From positions 241,225 through 305,224 of the forward strand of contig NMRA01000039.1 in assembly GCA_002633005.1 (NCBI GenBank): a stretch of 64,000 bases of DNA, written 5' to 3'. The notes below the pieces were generated by a model. That model was not told where the DNA came from and did no database searches. It saw only the letters and a list, made by a program, of their open reading frames with translations. Source of the stretch: Phoronis australis. Taxonomy: Eukaryota > Animalia > Phoronida. A program made the translations under genes and the position numbers. Positions 13,750-24,897 of this stretch are shown in pieces; the stretch's first letter is position 1; the number at the start of each line of letters is the position of its first letter.

Positions 13750-13960
13750 CTCGATAAACAGGAAATGGCGCTGTTTTATTCAACCGAATAACTTTAATTC
13801 TACAATGTATCTGTCTTAGACAAATGTAACCCACACTAAACTGATATGTTGATGGTAAAGTACATCTGATAATGTAACTTTGTGAAACAGTTCTTTTTTA
13901 GGGTTAAAAATAATACAACAGTTCCCTCTCTGTCAAAGTCACATGATCGTCATGTGACCG
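13750..13960 (-). promoter_or_regulatory. Putative SNX4 promoter/5'UTR with YY1-like motif and paired M-box/E-box motifs
   Basis: CGCCATTT on the minus strand just upstream of the ATG; GTCACATGA-TC-GTCATGTGAC inverted pair at 13938-13958. Confidence 0.4.
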
Positions 13961-16676
13961 CCACGAGTCCGACGCCTCACTAACTTATGGAGCCTTGTTG
14001 TCGACTAGGAAGACCAGTCGGTGGCCGCCCGCCGGGGTCAGTCGGGTTTGACTGCCAGTGAGCTACGGACTCCGGCTTGGGAGACCCGGGTTCGAATGGC
14101 TTTACCTGCAAGTTTCTTGGTGCTCCCGTGAACGTGTACGCGGGGCCAGAATGAGTCGAAAATATCCGAAAATCAACGTCTGGACTAGTGAACACAACCA
14201 TCCGAGTATTTTTGATGACCCTTTGAGTTGTTTGACAAATAGATCGAGAGGCAGGCATCAGAAACATCAGCAGAAATTTTCAAATGGCCACCAGGTACTG
14301 GTGCAGAAAACATCAAATCTGTCCGAAATTAGGAAAACGTTGCCGTCTCCTAATTGAAACATATTTGCCGAAGTCAGGAGTGCCTGAAAATACATTGATC
14401 ATATGAATTCTGATACAGACGCATCCGTAAGACATTTTACCCGATAGGAGACACCTTGGATCATTTCGACACATGTTACCGTTTGCCGTCGGCTCCATAG
14501 GAAATCATCTTTCAAAATTCCCAAAGCTCATTCAAAGAGTTCAGGACGATTCGGCCCCAGGTAAAAAAAACGTGAAAAAAAGTCCACGGTGGCAAAAAAA
14601 TAGCAAAAATGGCCAGGTGGTGCAGAAGACATCAAATCTGTCCGAAAATTGAAAGTCAGTGTCAGTCGTATACTTGGAAGAAGCATGGAACGCGAAGGCT
14701 CGTAATCCCCTTTAAGCAATTGATGGCAAATTAAAGAGGGAATTTCCAGAAAACAAATACATAATTCACGAGTTTCTAATTTCCCTCGCACGTAATGATA
14801 AATGCACGCATGCACTCGCAGTAAATTCGACTAACAGCTGATTGGCACTTATATGAAACTTCGGCGGACTAAACTAAAAGAAAAATGATTTAACATCAAC
14901 AGAAATTCGAAATTTTTACGTACGTACAATCGTAAAAATGCCTGACCAGATTGAATTCTTTCTCAGTGGCAGAGAACGACTACGAAAGAATAATGCAATT
15001 TAGTATATTTTTCGCGTTTCAGGCTTCTTATAGAAACCTACTTGCCGAATTTCAGTGAAAATACATTAATGCGCAGCAGACAGAAATGGTCTAAGACCAC
15101 GTTTCAGGCTCGCCAAAATGAAGAAAATGTGGTGCCGGATCCGGTTTGACAACGGCGGTGCAGCACTGAAAAAAGTGTGGCGCAATATAGCTTCCCAGCC
15201 CCTTGTGATGTACCGCCAATAGACCATGGGCGGCGCAGCAGTGGAAAAAGTGGGGGCTATAGCCTATGATGCGCCACCCAAGAAGTTTTGTGGACTATAG
15301 TAAATGGGAAGTGCATTATTGTCACGAATGGTATTCAGTGGTTCCATGAAGTTGTTTTGTCTACTCGGATACGCAATACTCTCTTTGTCAAACCTTATGT
15401 TAAGACGATTTCCAAAGCAATCCCCGGTCATTATTGCCAACACGAATAACGGATTTGGTCTTTTGGGCATTTTAAGACTATTTTAAATACGACAAATTTG
15501 TTAAGAATCCATGGCATAAAACGTGTAATAAACATTACAAAAAGAAGTAGGTTTCGCGCGCAAACGCTGTGGATCATAAACAAGTACGTCTCTTAGTATG
15601 AGATCGTGTTGGTGTAGTGGTAACGCACGCGCGCTCTATGCGCAAGGTCGTGAGTTCGAGTCTTTGGTACTTGCAGTTTTTCCTGTTTGACACGTTCTCC
15701 GTGTTTTTTTTGCCTTTTTTTCTTGGTTAATACTTCAGGAATCAAGGAAAATATTTGATTTTTAGAGGTCAAAATAGAAAAATTTCCTGGGCGGGAGGGG
15801 GGCAAACCCCCCTCCCGACCTCCCCCTATTTGGTGCTATGCGCATCTACAATCGTGGTTCAGTTTGCGCAAATGTTTACAGCCGGACATAAAGTTGGCCC
15901 CCCCCTTGTGATATCCTAGATCTACCACTGAGTAATAACGTCAAAATCAGCCACTCGAACTGTAGTCAGTTAGTCCAAAACACACAAGAAGAGGCTTTCC
16001 GAGGAATTTTGATTTTAGGGGAGACAACTCTGCAATTTTCCAATGAACCAGCGAGAAAAGATAGACCTGTATATTGATTGCTGCACTGCTTAATTTTGGA
16101 GAGGTTGGTGAAAGTTTTTCGGTGTCCGTTGAAGTTTGAAGTTTACTTGATGGTACACAACCAATCGTCCGCGGAATGCGATATTTGTGCGCAAATCATT
16201 TTCATTTTAAATCTCTGAGAATTAGTTTAATTCAGTTCCCATGTTTGCCAAACGCGGAGGTCACGAACAGCGCGATTTAGACATCACAAAAGGCAGTTTT
16301 CAAGCGAAGTTTTGGAAAAAATTGTGTTCTCTGGGATGTTGAAAAAGGGTTGGCAACCGTATAAAAAGCGGTCACTGTTGTTTCTTGGCCCCCCTGTAAT
16401 GCGATTTGCAAGCTCGGATGATTTAGCTCGGAATGTAAATGTCCATTGCCACTTGATTGCAACAAGCAACCGGTCATGTACATGTATATGCTAAATATTT
16501 TGAATTCTCAAATCATTGCATAAGAGAGCCCTTCATCATAAGACGCAGCTTGGTTAAACTTGGGTTATATAAGTTCTTTATAACAGTATGTTAATTGCTG
16601 TTTTTTTAATGATGCTGTCTTTAAAGGTATCACATTCATAAGAAAACAGACAGCACACCCATCAGCGGACCTTAGA

Positions 16677-16838
16677 CAGGGGCGGATCCAGGATTTTGAG
16701 TTAGGGGGGGCAGGGCAGAATATTAGCCAGGATTTTGCTCGTCAGACATTCGCACTCCCGATGGAACTGCCAAATGGAATCTGGGAGGATTTTAGGAGGG
16801 GCAATGGCCCCCTTGGCCCCCCTCTAAATCCGCCACTG
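16677..16838. mobile_element. ~160 bp non-autonomous TIR element (hAT-like termini), copy 2
   Basis: CAGGGGCGGATCCAGG ... CTAAATCCGCCACTG imperfect TIRs; homologous to 12914-13074 and 32665-32821; TTAGA on both flanks. Confidence 0.75.
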
Positions 16839-18633
16839 TTAGATGTCAAGATGATCGCGCTCCCCGCGGGACGTGCCAAGCAGAGGCACAAAAGGCCTCG
16901 TGATAACCATCGCTCGCGAGGGAGAGGGGTTAATATTTGAAGCGCTGTACAAATCCTCGCCGGTGAAATCCCTAAAAATGACACGTTGGTGTCGTTTTTA
17001 TCATGCGCGGAGGGGAGGCCTGGTACCCCTCGGACTCCCCTAAATCCACATATGCATTCCGTTTGGATTAAAACAGACTGTTTACCTCCTTCTTCTATTT
17101 GTTTGAAAAGGTAAACAAGGGAATTGACCTCTGACCTCATTGGCAAATTACTCGCACGACGATCGCCACCCACGAATTCCTGGTGATGTACATGTAACTT
17201 ATGAAGTAAATTGGGTGCCAAGTTTAATTAGAATAGGCAAGAACACATAGAAAATCACGACTCAAATGGCCACCGCACTAGGCTCACTGTCGTGACCATT
17301 TTTTACCGGCTTACTGAGTAATCATGAGTACTCATGGCCTTACCTCCCCATTCCCCTGGGCTGTTAAAACCATGAAATCCCCAACATCACGATCTGAGCT
17401 GGTTTCACGTTTGATTAAACTGGACAAACAAGCATATTGTGTAACATTTTTGATGAAAAATGTTAGAATTATGTAACGATTTATTATAAATCGATGATTA
17501 AATTTATGAACAAATGTGTTAATTAATATCAGTTAACTATTTTGAAAGTCACGAATATTTTAGAACAGGACTTGTTATTGTAAACAACTTGTTGTGGTAA
17601 ATTTGAGTATTGCGCAATTTCTTCAGGAAAGCTTTAGTTCTGCTAAGTTCTTTGTGTAGTTCTGACAATCAGGATATGATCATCAAAATATGCGGTTTTG
17701 GATTGGTCAACTTTAGGTGGGTTGATTCTAAGAAATACCCACACCGATGTACTTATGCCTTGACCAGTGTCCATGTGATGTTTAGTCATATCTTAATAGT
17801 ACATGTATAATTTCTGGCGCAAACATAAGCGTCATTCTCAAAAGAAAAGTTTAGGAGACGAGGAAGCTCAGTAACTTTGGAGAATCAAGTATTTTAGGCT
17901 GATCACTGAGTGTGTAGAGTTTCAAGTAGTGTGTTCAGTCACTGACAAGGATCATACTGATACACAAAACAAGAATTGGATGTCCGTGCGTGGATAAGAT
18001 CAAAGGGAGCAATTTCTGTAAGTCTCATTAGAGTTTATGAGCTATGAAATGTTCTAGGATATAATAAGTTTTGTTTTGTAAATGTGATTTAATGTTTATA
18101 TACCGATTCAGTCAGATTTGAGTAATTTTGACTAGTTTCTTAGAGTTACTATTGTTAATAATTTAATTTAGATTCGGTTTATATAATACTTTCATGTATT
18201 TAGAGTATTTTGTGTATTTTCATAGATTTACAGTTCTCACACGGTTCTCACAAGGATTTAAAGTTTTCACTGAGGCGGGGTTCCAAGTGGAATTCATAAA
18301 TAAAATCATCTCGTCAAACTCGGACTTTGATTTTGTCTGTCCAACGCAGAACATTACATATTGTGTACACACTGCTGTGGTAGTAAACGGGTCAGTGTTC
18401 TCAGTGAAACAAAGGAATTACAACTGCATGAGAGTAAGTCAAATTTCTCTGATGCTGGTCAACCGTTTTGCTCCGTTCGAAGTTTTTTTGGTTAGGGTAT
18501 TTCATACAAAACACTTCTTCTTCACTATTTGTTGAACGTCGTTTGCCGGAAAAGTATTCAGTGGCTTATTTAGAGGGACTAGGCCAAGGGGGCCATGCCC
18601 TCCACTCCTAAAATTCTCTGCCCCGCCCCACCC

Positions 18634-19059
18634 NNNNNNNNNNNNNNNNNNNNNNNNNNNNNNNNNNNNNNNNNNNNNNNNNNNNNNNNNNNNNNNNNNN
18701 NNNNNNNNNNNNNNNNNNNNNNNNNNNNNNNNNNNNNNNNNNNNNNNNNNNNNNNNNNNNNNNNNNNNNNNNNNNNNNNNNNNNNNNNNNNNNNNNNNNN
18801 NNNNNNNNNNNNNNNNNNNNNNNNNNNNNNNNNNNNNNNNNNNNNNNNNNNNNNNNNNNNNNNNNNNNNNNNNNNNNNNNNNNNNNNNNNNNNNNNNNNN
18901 NNNNNNNNNNNNNNNNNNNNNNNNNNNNNNNNNNNNNNNNNNNNNNNNNNNNNNNNNNNNNNNNNNNNNNNNNNNNNNNNNNNNNNNNNNNNNNNNNNNN
19001 NNNNNNNNNNNNNNNNNNNNNNNNNNNNNNNNNNNNNNNNNNNNNNNNNNNNNNNNNNN
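18634..19059. other. Assembly gap (N run)
   Basis: Run of N flanked by C-rich tracts; ORFs spanning it are artefacts. Confidence 0.99.
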
Positions 19060-20126
19060 GCCCCCCCCCCCCCCGAGCTTAATTATCAGATGGACACAGA
19101 CAATGAGCCGGAGAGCAGGATTATGAAAACCAAGATTTGCCAACTACCCTTGATCAATGCTGTCAAACTTAGTAGGCCCCACTAACGACACGGCTGTCAT
19201 CATTGGACTAGCCGATCAGTGAAATCGGGACCATCCACGGCACAGCGCGAGTGCGTAACGCAGCCCAGGTGAGCTTTATCTCTCTCCTCACTGTAGCCTA
19301 CGTTCGGTAGGCCCAATAATTTCAGACCAAACGTCTTGCTCTGGGATGGGCTGTGAATGAATACTGCCAGGCAGCTTGCTTATCTGCAGATCACGCACGA
19401 AACCTACTCTTGCGTGATCTTGAGTGTAAGCACTATTCCAAGTTCACGTATACATTACAAACTTTCCTGGTGCTGCGTATAGGTGGCGTTATGCCAGAGG
19501 GTAAGCGGAACCATAGGCATAGAGCTCTCCATGTCAGGCAGTAACTTACTTAGAGGTATATCCAGCTTGTTTCCTCCACAGACCCTCAAGATACGATATC
19601 GGTGACGTCAGAGTGTGAGCCCAGGGAACCAATAATATGCCATAACCGTGTTGACTACTACATCCCGGCGACCGTGTAGTTCGATCTCCTTATCTTTGAG
19701 TCTGACCTTGCCCTACACGGTCTGAAACGGCGGTTTTACTCGTCGGAGTGCTGACATTTGGTAAGCATTGTAAATGAAATGGACGTAAACCCAGTGTTTG
19801 AGAATAACTGCCGGCTAATTTGCGTCTGCAGATTTGTCTTTTGGGACGTCACTGTACGTGTGACTCGAACGCCACGATCTGTACCGGAGAATCCCGGCTC
19901 TGTAGCCGAGTGTAGGCCTGTGACTGACTGAGTTTTTAACTATTAGGTCAGTATTCTGCCTGAGCCACCCCGGTGATTTTGGCAAAGGTGTCTACGCTGC
20001 ACTTTTAAGTCAGCGCTGAATACTCATAGACCCATGGTTCTTCTCTTCAGTGGCCGAACCGATGGTTTCCCGAAAGACCGCTACCGGGGAACTTCGTTGT
20101 AGCCTAGGGCACGTCTGTTCCGCGCC

Positions 20127-20178
20127 TAGGCAATGACCATCGCCTCTGTTGCCCAACAGAGGCGATGGTCATGGCCTA
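20127..20178. mobile_element. 52-bp hairpin MITE with 9-bp TSD (allelic copy 22206-22257)
   Basis: TAGGCAATGACCATCGCCTCTGTTG-CC-CAACAGAGGCGATGGTCATGGCCTA; flanks TTCCGCGCC/TTCTGCGCC here, perfect TTCCGCGCC on both sides in the allelic copy. Confidence 0.85.
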
Positions 20179-20509
20179 TTCTGCGCCTAGCAGCTGTCTG
20201 TCAAGTCTATAATTTATGGTCGAGAGAACGGTAGCTCAGCTCAGCTCCGTGCGACCGGCTGCTAGTACAGAGTGTCACAGAGCAAAGAAAACCTGCAAAC
20301 CACATTCAGGATGTTTCATCGAAACTGCGGAACTCCGGTGTAAAACAGAGTATCCCGGAGTCGAAAATGTTCAGACTCCTGCACCTTTTGCAAAACAGCT
20401 AACCACTTTGTAGCCCGAAATAGGCCTACACGAACCTGGACCGTCTTTTATCGGGCTGGTTAGCTGTTTTGAAGGCCGGTGCGGGAGTCTGTGTTTTCGA
20501 CTCCGGGAT

Positions 20510-21650
20510 CATTACCAGCAATTCGTAAACTAGGTCATCCGCCAGGTTCTCTGCGTAAACTAGGTCATCGCTTATGGACCAGTTAGCGCTTCACTCTTCG
20601 CGTGTCTCACTGGAGAGAAGCACCAGGAAGGTTGTTCTACATTTTGTAGCCCAAAATTACCACCAAAGTTCAAATATATTCCGTTAAAAAGGAAAGACAA
20701 AACATATTATTACAGATGTCTGGCCAATATCATGAGCCACCACTCGTAAGCAAACCAAAGATGTCCCGGCTTACTCGTTGCCTTATCTCGCACTACCTCA
20801 ATCGACTAGTTTTCAGTTCGCAGTGCAACGATACAATTCTCATAAATTCAGCTTGTAATGACCCCTTTCAGTTTTAAACCATGCCCGAAGTACTCGGAAA
20901 CAAATTATTGCTAGGTAAAACGAGGTTTTTTTTCCCTGAAGTGCATCGTAAACATCTGAGGTGAGTTTTCCGCAAACAGCTACTTTGGTTAAGAGCTGAA
21001 TTTTAGCTCCCATACTACTATGGGCCGGGCCGGTCAAGGGCCAATTCCTGTTGTACGCACTACATATGGCATTGGAATCAAACTGCTATATATAGAGAAA
21101 ACGTTTATTAGTATACTGGTGTGAATATTATCAGTGATTTAACCAAAAACTTCGAATTAACTAGACCCACTAATCTTAGTCTCAGTCTGTGATGATAAAC
21201 TGATATCAAAAGGCCAAAATTGGCAATTTTCGGCGACCCCATGTTAAATACAAAATTTTGTCTAGTTTTCTTCAAACTCCTACATTTCAATCTTGATTAT
21301 ACTGACATCTGTTGGGTCTATCGACTACTAACCGCACATGAAAGGCTTGGTCGAAAATTATCGTTTTCTCGCATGCACTTTCGGGTTTTTAGCGGCGATT
21401 CCACTAATCGAAGCGACAAAATAAGCCAAAACTTTGGCCATACCATGTTAAACATATTTTTTTTCCAATTTTGCTGAAACTTGGCCACGTTTTTAACAAA
21501 ATACTTATCTATGTTATGTGCTATCGGCAAATGTGATTAATTCACAAATAAGACCCACACGCTGTGTTTTCTGCGAATCCCATGTATCCTGAAGGGGGCT
21601 GAGTGATTTTCGCGCATGCGCAGTTCACGGTTTCAATATTGCTGGTAATG
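20510..21650. mobile_element. 1141-bp non-autonomous TIR DNA element, polymorphic insertion
   Basis: Perfect 13-bp TIR CATTACCAGCAAT...ATTGCTGGTAATG; empty site visible at 22590/22591; no transposase ORF. Confidence 0.85.
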
Positions 21651-21762
21651 TACCTGTTTTACACCGGGTTTCTCGTTTCGATGGACTTTTGGTAGTAGTG
21701 TAATATAATAAGACTATGCCTTCCATGTGTATGAAATTTCAGGGGATATGCTACCTCTGTAG

Positions 21763-21826
21763 TAGGCAATGACCATCGCCTCTGTTGGCTCTGGTTCGGG
21801 CCAACAGAGGCGATGGTCATTGCCTA
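21763..21826. mobile_element. 64-bp hairpin MITE with 9-bp TSD (allelic copy 22703-22766)
   Basis: Same TIR as 20127-20178 with a longer loop; perfect TSD CCTCTGTAG on both sides. Confidence 0.88.
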
Positions 21827-23635
21827 CCTCTGTAGTAGTTAAATCCAGGAATAGTGCTCTGATATTGAAAACCCAGGAATAGTGGCAGTTATGCAATAAT
21901 ACAGGACTAGTGGCAGTTATGCAAGAATTTTGAGTTATTGGGAGATGGACAATACATGCAGGGTGGGTCCATCGCGTGGTCAGTTAACTCGTTATATTTA
22001 GCTCGTCGTAGAGAGANACTATTAGGTCAGTATTCTGCCTGAGCCACCCCGGTGATTTTGGCAAAGGTGTCTACGCTGCACTTTTAAGTCAGCGCTGAAC
22101 ACTCATAGACCCATGGTTCTTCTCTTCAGTGGCCGAACCGATGGTTTCCCGAAAGACAGCTACCGGGGAACTTCGTTGTAGCCTAGGGCACGTCTGTTCC
22201 GCGCCTAGGCAATGACCATCGCCTCTGTTGCCCAACAGAGGCGATGGTCATGGCCTATTCCGCGCCTAGCAGCTGTCTGTCAAGTCTATAATTTATGGTC
22301 GAGTGAACGGTAGCTCAGCTCAGCTCCGTGCGGCCGGCTGCTAGCACAGAGTGTCACAGAGCAAAGTAAAACCTGCAAACCACATTCAGGATGTTTCATC
22401 GAAACTGCGGAACTCCGGTGTAAGACAGAGTATGCCGGAGTCGAAAATGTTCAGACTCCTGCACCTTTTGCAAAACAGCTAACCACTTTGTAGCCCGAAA
22501 ATAGGGCCTACACGAACCTGGACCGTCTTTTATCGGGCTGGTTAGCTGTTTTGAAGGCCGGTGCGGGAGTCTGTGTTTTCGACTCCGGGATACCTGTTTT
22601 ACACCGGGTTTCTCGTTTCGATGGACTTTTGGTAGTAGTGTAATATAATAAGACTATGCCTTCCATGTGCATGAAATTTCAGGGGATATGCTACCTCTGT
22701 AGTAGGCAATGACCATCGCCTCTGTTGGCTCTGGTTCGGGCCAACAGAGGCGATGGTCATTGCCTACCTCTGTAGTAGTTAAATCCAGGAATAGTGCTCT
22801 GATATTGAAAACCCAGGAATAGTGGCAGTTATGCAATAATACAGGACTAGTGGCAGTTATGCAAGAATTTTGAGTTATTGGGAGATGGACAATACATGCA
22901 GGGTGGGTCCATCGCGTGGTCAGTTAACTCGTTATATTTAGCTCGTCGTAGAGAGATGGACATATACATGTATGTACATACAGAGTGGGTCCATCCCGTG
23001 ATGCCACTTAGTTTAGTAGTATTTAAAGTACTGGCTCTCGAGACCAGGGCGGACTGGATCCACCATAGATCACAACTTCAGACTTCGGGACACGACTCCA
23101 GAGCAGGAAGACAACCTCAGACTTCTGAGACGAAGCCGGGGCCAGACGAGCAACTTCTGTGATCAAAGAGTCAAGGGGAAAAGGACAACTGAGGTATAGA
23201 CACTTATCACAGGCGTTGGTCTCAGCCCGTTAGTCAAATTGAACCGGCTAGTGATTGTTCTGGAGGGTTAGTTCTGTTGTGACTTGTTTTGTGTTGGCGT
23301 GTGCGGGTAGCAACGGGGAACCAGTGGCACTGTTGATTAGTAGTTTTTCCAGTTAGTCGTCAGTCTCACAACTTATTGTAATCTATTGTTTGTAAATCAC
23401 AACGCTGCAAATTAATAGATGTATTCTATTGTTAAAGTATTCGTGTGTTGTTTTATTTGTTACCACGTGCGCGCCATTTATCGGCCGCAACACGCATTGA
23501 TATACCACACGAGTCCTTTTTGGTGCCTTGCGGCCGGATTCTACCCGGTGTTTGCGTTTTGAGACTGACTTTATCGTGAACGAGACGAGATATCTAAGAA
23601 GTGTAGTAGTTAACATAATCTGATCACTGAGCAGT

Positions 23636-24565
23636 ATGGCCCATCATCAACAAGCTACTGTAGCCGAATTTTTAACGGGACTTGCTGGTAATTTCACCAG
23701 AGATGTTACCGATGCTATGAATTCCATGAGCGAAACGTCATTGGCGTCAAATATCCCCGTTTTCTCAGGAGTTGTCCATGGGTTTCGAGCCTGGGTGAGC
23801 GAGATAGAAAGGATGGCCGTAATTTTTCCCAATATGGATCCCAGGAAACAAATCTTAAGTGCGTATCAAAGATCGAGGGGTGAGGTTTCGGCATTCATTA
23901 AACGTTATATGGCAGACCACCCAAAATGCACGTATGAGCAGTTTAAAGCAGACCTTAAGTTACGTTTTGCTTCTATCACTGACAAAAGTTTGGCATTTGG
24001 TCGATTGAAATCAATTAAGCAACGACCAAACGAAAGCGTGCAAATGTATGGCGAGCGACTGTTGTCGGCGGCGCGCGAGGCATTCGACGATGAAGCGGCA
24101 TTGGACGTTCTACAAGAACAATTAATTTGGTTTTTTGTTGATGGGCTCCGGGACGTGAGAATAAGAGAGCACGTCCTACGTTCAGGTCCAACAATTTTCA
24201 GAGATGCCCTTAAAGTTGGTGTCCAAGAAATACATCTGTGGACACGAATGAATGTAAAACCCTGCGATAACAGGAAAATCAACCCCATGGACGTGGACAA
24301 AATAGCCCCTCCTCAAAGATGCAGAATTTGCAACCGAACAAATCATAGAACAAGGGACTGTCGGGCGCGGCCCAGAACCGTCAACGCCCTAGAAAAGGAA
24401 CCGATCAGATGTTTCTTTTGCAAAAAACCTGGTCACATGAAACGTGACTGTTTCAGTTTTAAAAGTTTTTTAGCTGCCCGAGCGAATCAAAATCCAGTTA
24501 ACTACACCGGCAACCCAAGCCCCGCTGATACCACGCCAAACGATGCTAAACCCCAGGGAAACTAA
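23636..24565 (+). CDS. gag: Retrotransposon Gag protein (capsid plus two CCHC zinc knuckles)
   Basis: 309-aa open ORF; capsid-like IPVFSG..FRAWVSEIE and KQRPNESVQMYGERL; CRICNRTNHRTRDC and CFFCKKPGHMKRDC (CX2CX4HX4C). Confidence 0.92.
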   Translation: MAHHQQATVAEFLTGLAGNFTRDVTDAMNSMSETSLASNIPVFSGVVHGFRAWVSEIERMAVIFPNMDPRKQILSAYQRSRGEVSAFIKRYMADHPKCTYEQFKADLKLRFASITDKSLAFGRLKSIKQRPNESVQMYGERLLSAAREAFDDEAALDVLQEQLIWFFVDGLRDVRIREHVLRSGPTIFRDALKVGVQEIHLWTRMNVKPCDNRKINPMDVDKIAPPQRCRICNRTNHRTRDCRARPRTVNALEKEPIRCFFCKKPGHMKRDCFSFKSFLAARANQNPVNYTGNPSPADTTPNDAKPQGN

Positions 24566-24897
24566 CGTGCACTGACTCGAGAGCTTCCGGTCAGGATGAT
24601 GTTGTAACTTTATGTTTTTTGGGAAGCGAGGATAGTATTCAAGTACAAGTGGGACAAACGCGAGTCAGAGCATTAATTGACTCGGGTGCTGCAATATCCG
24701 TTATATCGGAGGTTACATTTGAGAAGCTTTAATTAAGCGAAAAGGCTTAGTAGAAATAGTCAAACGAAAACCTGTAGTTCAGACAGCAAATAATTAACGT
24801 TTGAATGTTCTCGCTTGTGTCCTGTTGAACTTAAAAATTGGAAACAATATTCTTAAACATGAATTTGTAGTGATCCGAGATGTGAATCGAAGAATCC
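24556..24897 (+). pseudogene. pol: pol remnant: retropepsin aspartic protease in the -1 frame, with stops and a frameshift
   Basis: -1 frame reads GKLTCTDSRASGQDDVVTLCFLGSEDSIQVQVGQTRVRALIDSGAAISVISEVTFEKL* (stop 24730-24732); later fragment VQTANN*RLNVLACVLLNLKIGNNILKHEFVVIRDV. Confidence 0.85.

Larger units (their letters stand above)
19939..22956. repeat. Near-identical tandem duplication across single-N join at 22017 (probably two haplotypes)
   Basis: 19939-20509 plus 21651-22016 is repeated at 22018-22956 with scattered SNPs and small indels; the second copy lacks 20510-21650. Confidence 0.9.

Noticed and set aside
15603-15670. tRNA-like sequence with A box TGGTGTAGTGG and B box GTTCGAGTC
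   Set aside because: The acceptor stem does not pair and the anticodon arm is irregular; a SINE head or relic, not a tRNA gene.
18194-18560. 113-aa plus-strand ORF and a partly open opposite frame
   Set aside because: No recognisable domain; the opposite frame has several stops; adjacent to a gap.
18502-19185. Long ORFs of 196-213 aa
   Set aside because: Artefacts of translation through the N gap; the same applies to 56391-57014.
19939-22956. Near-identical direct repeats read as paired LTRs or a CRISPR-like array
   Set aside because: The repeats start exactly at single-N joins and differ by SNPs, consistent with allelic contigs; there is no regular repeat-spacer period and the context is eukaryotic.
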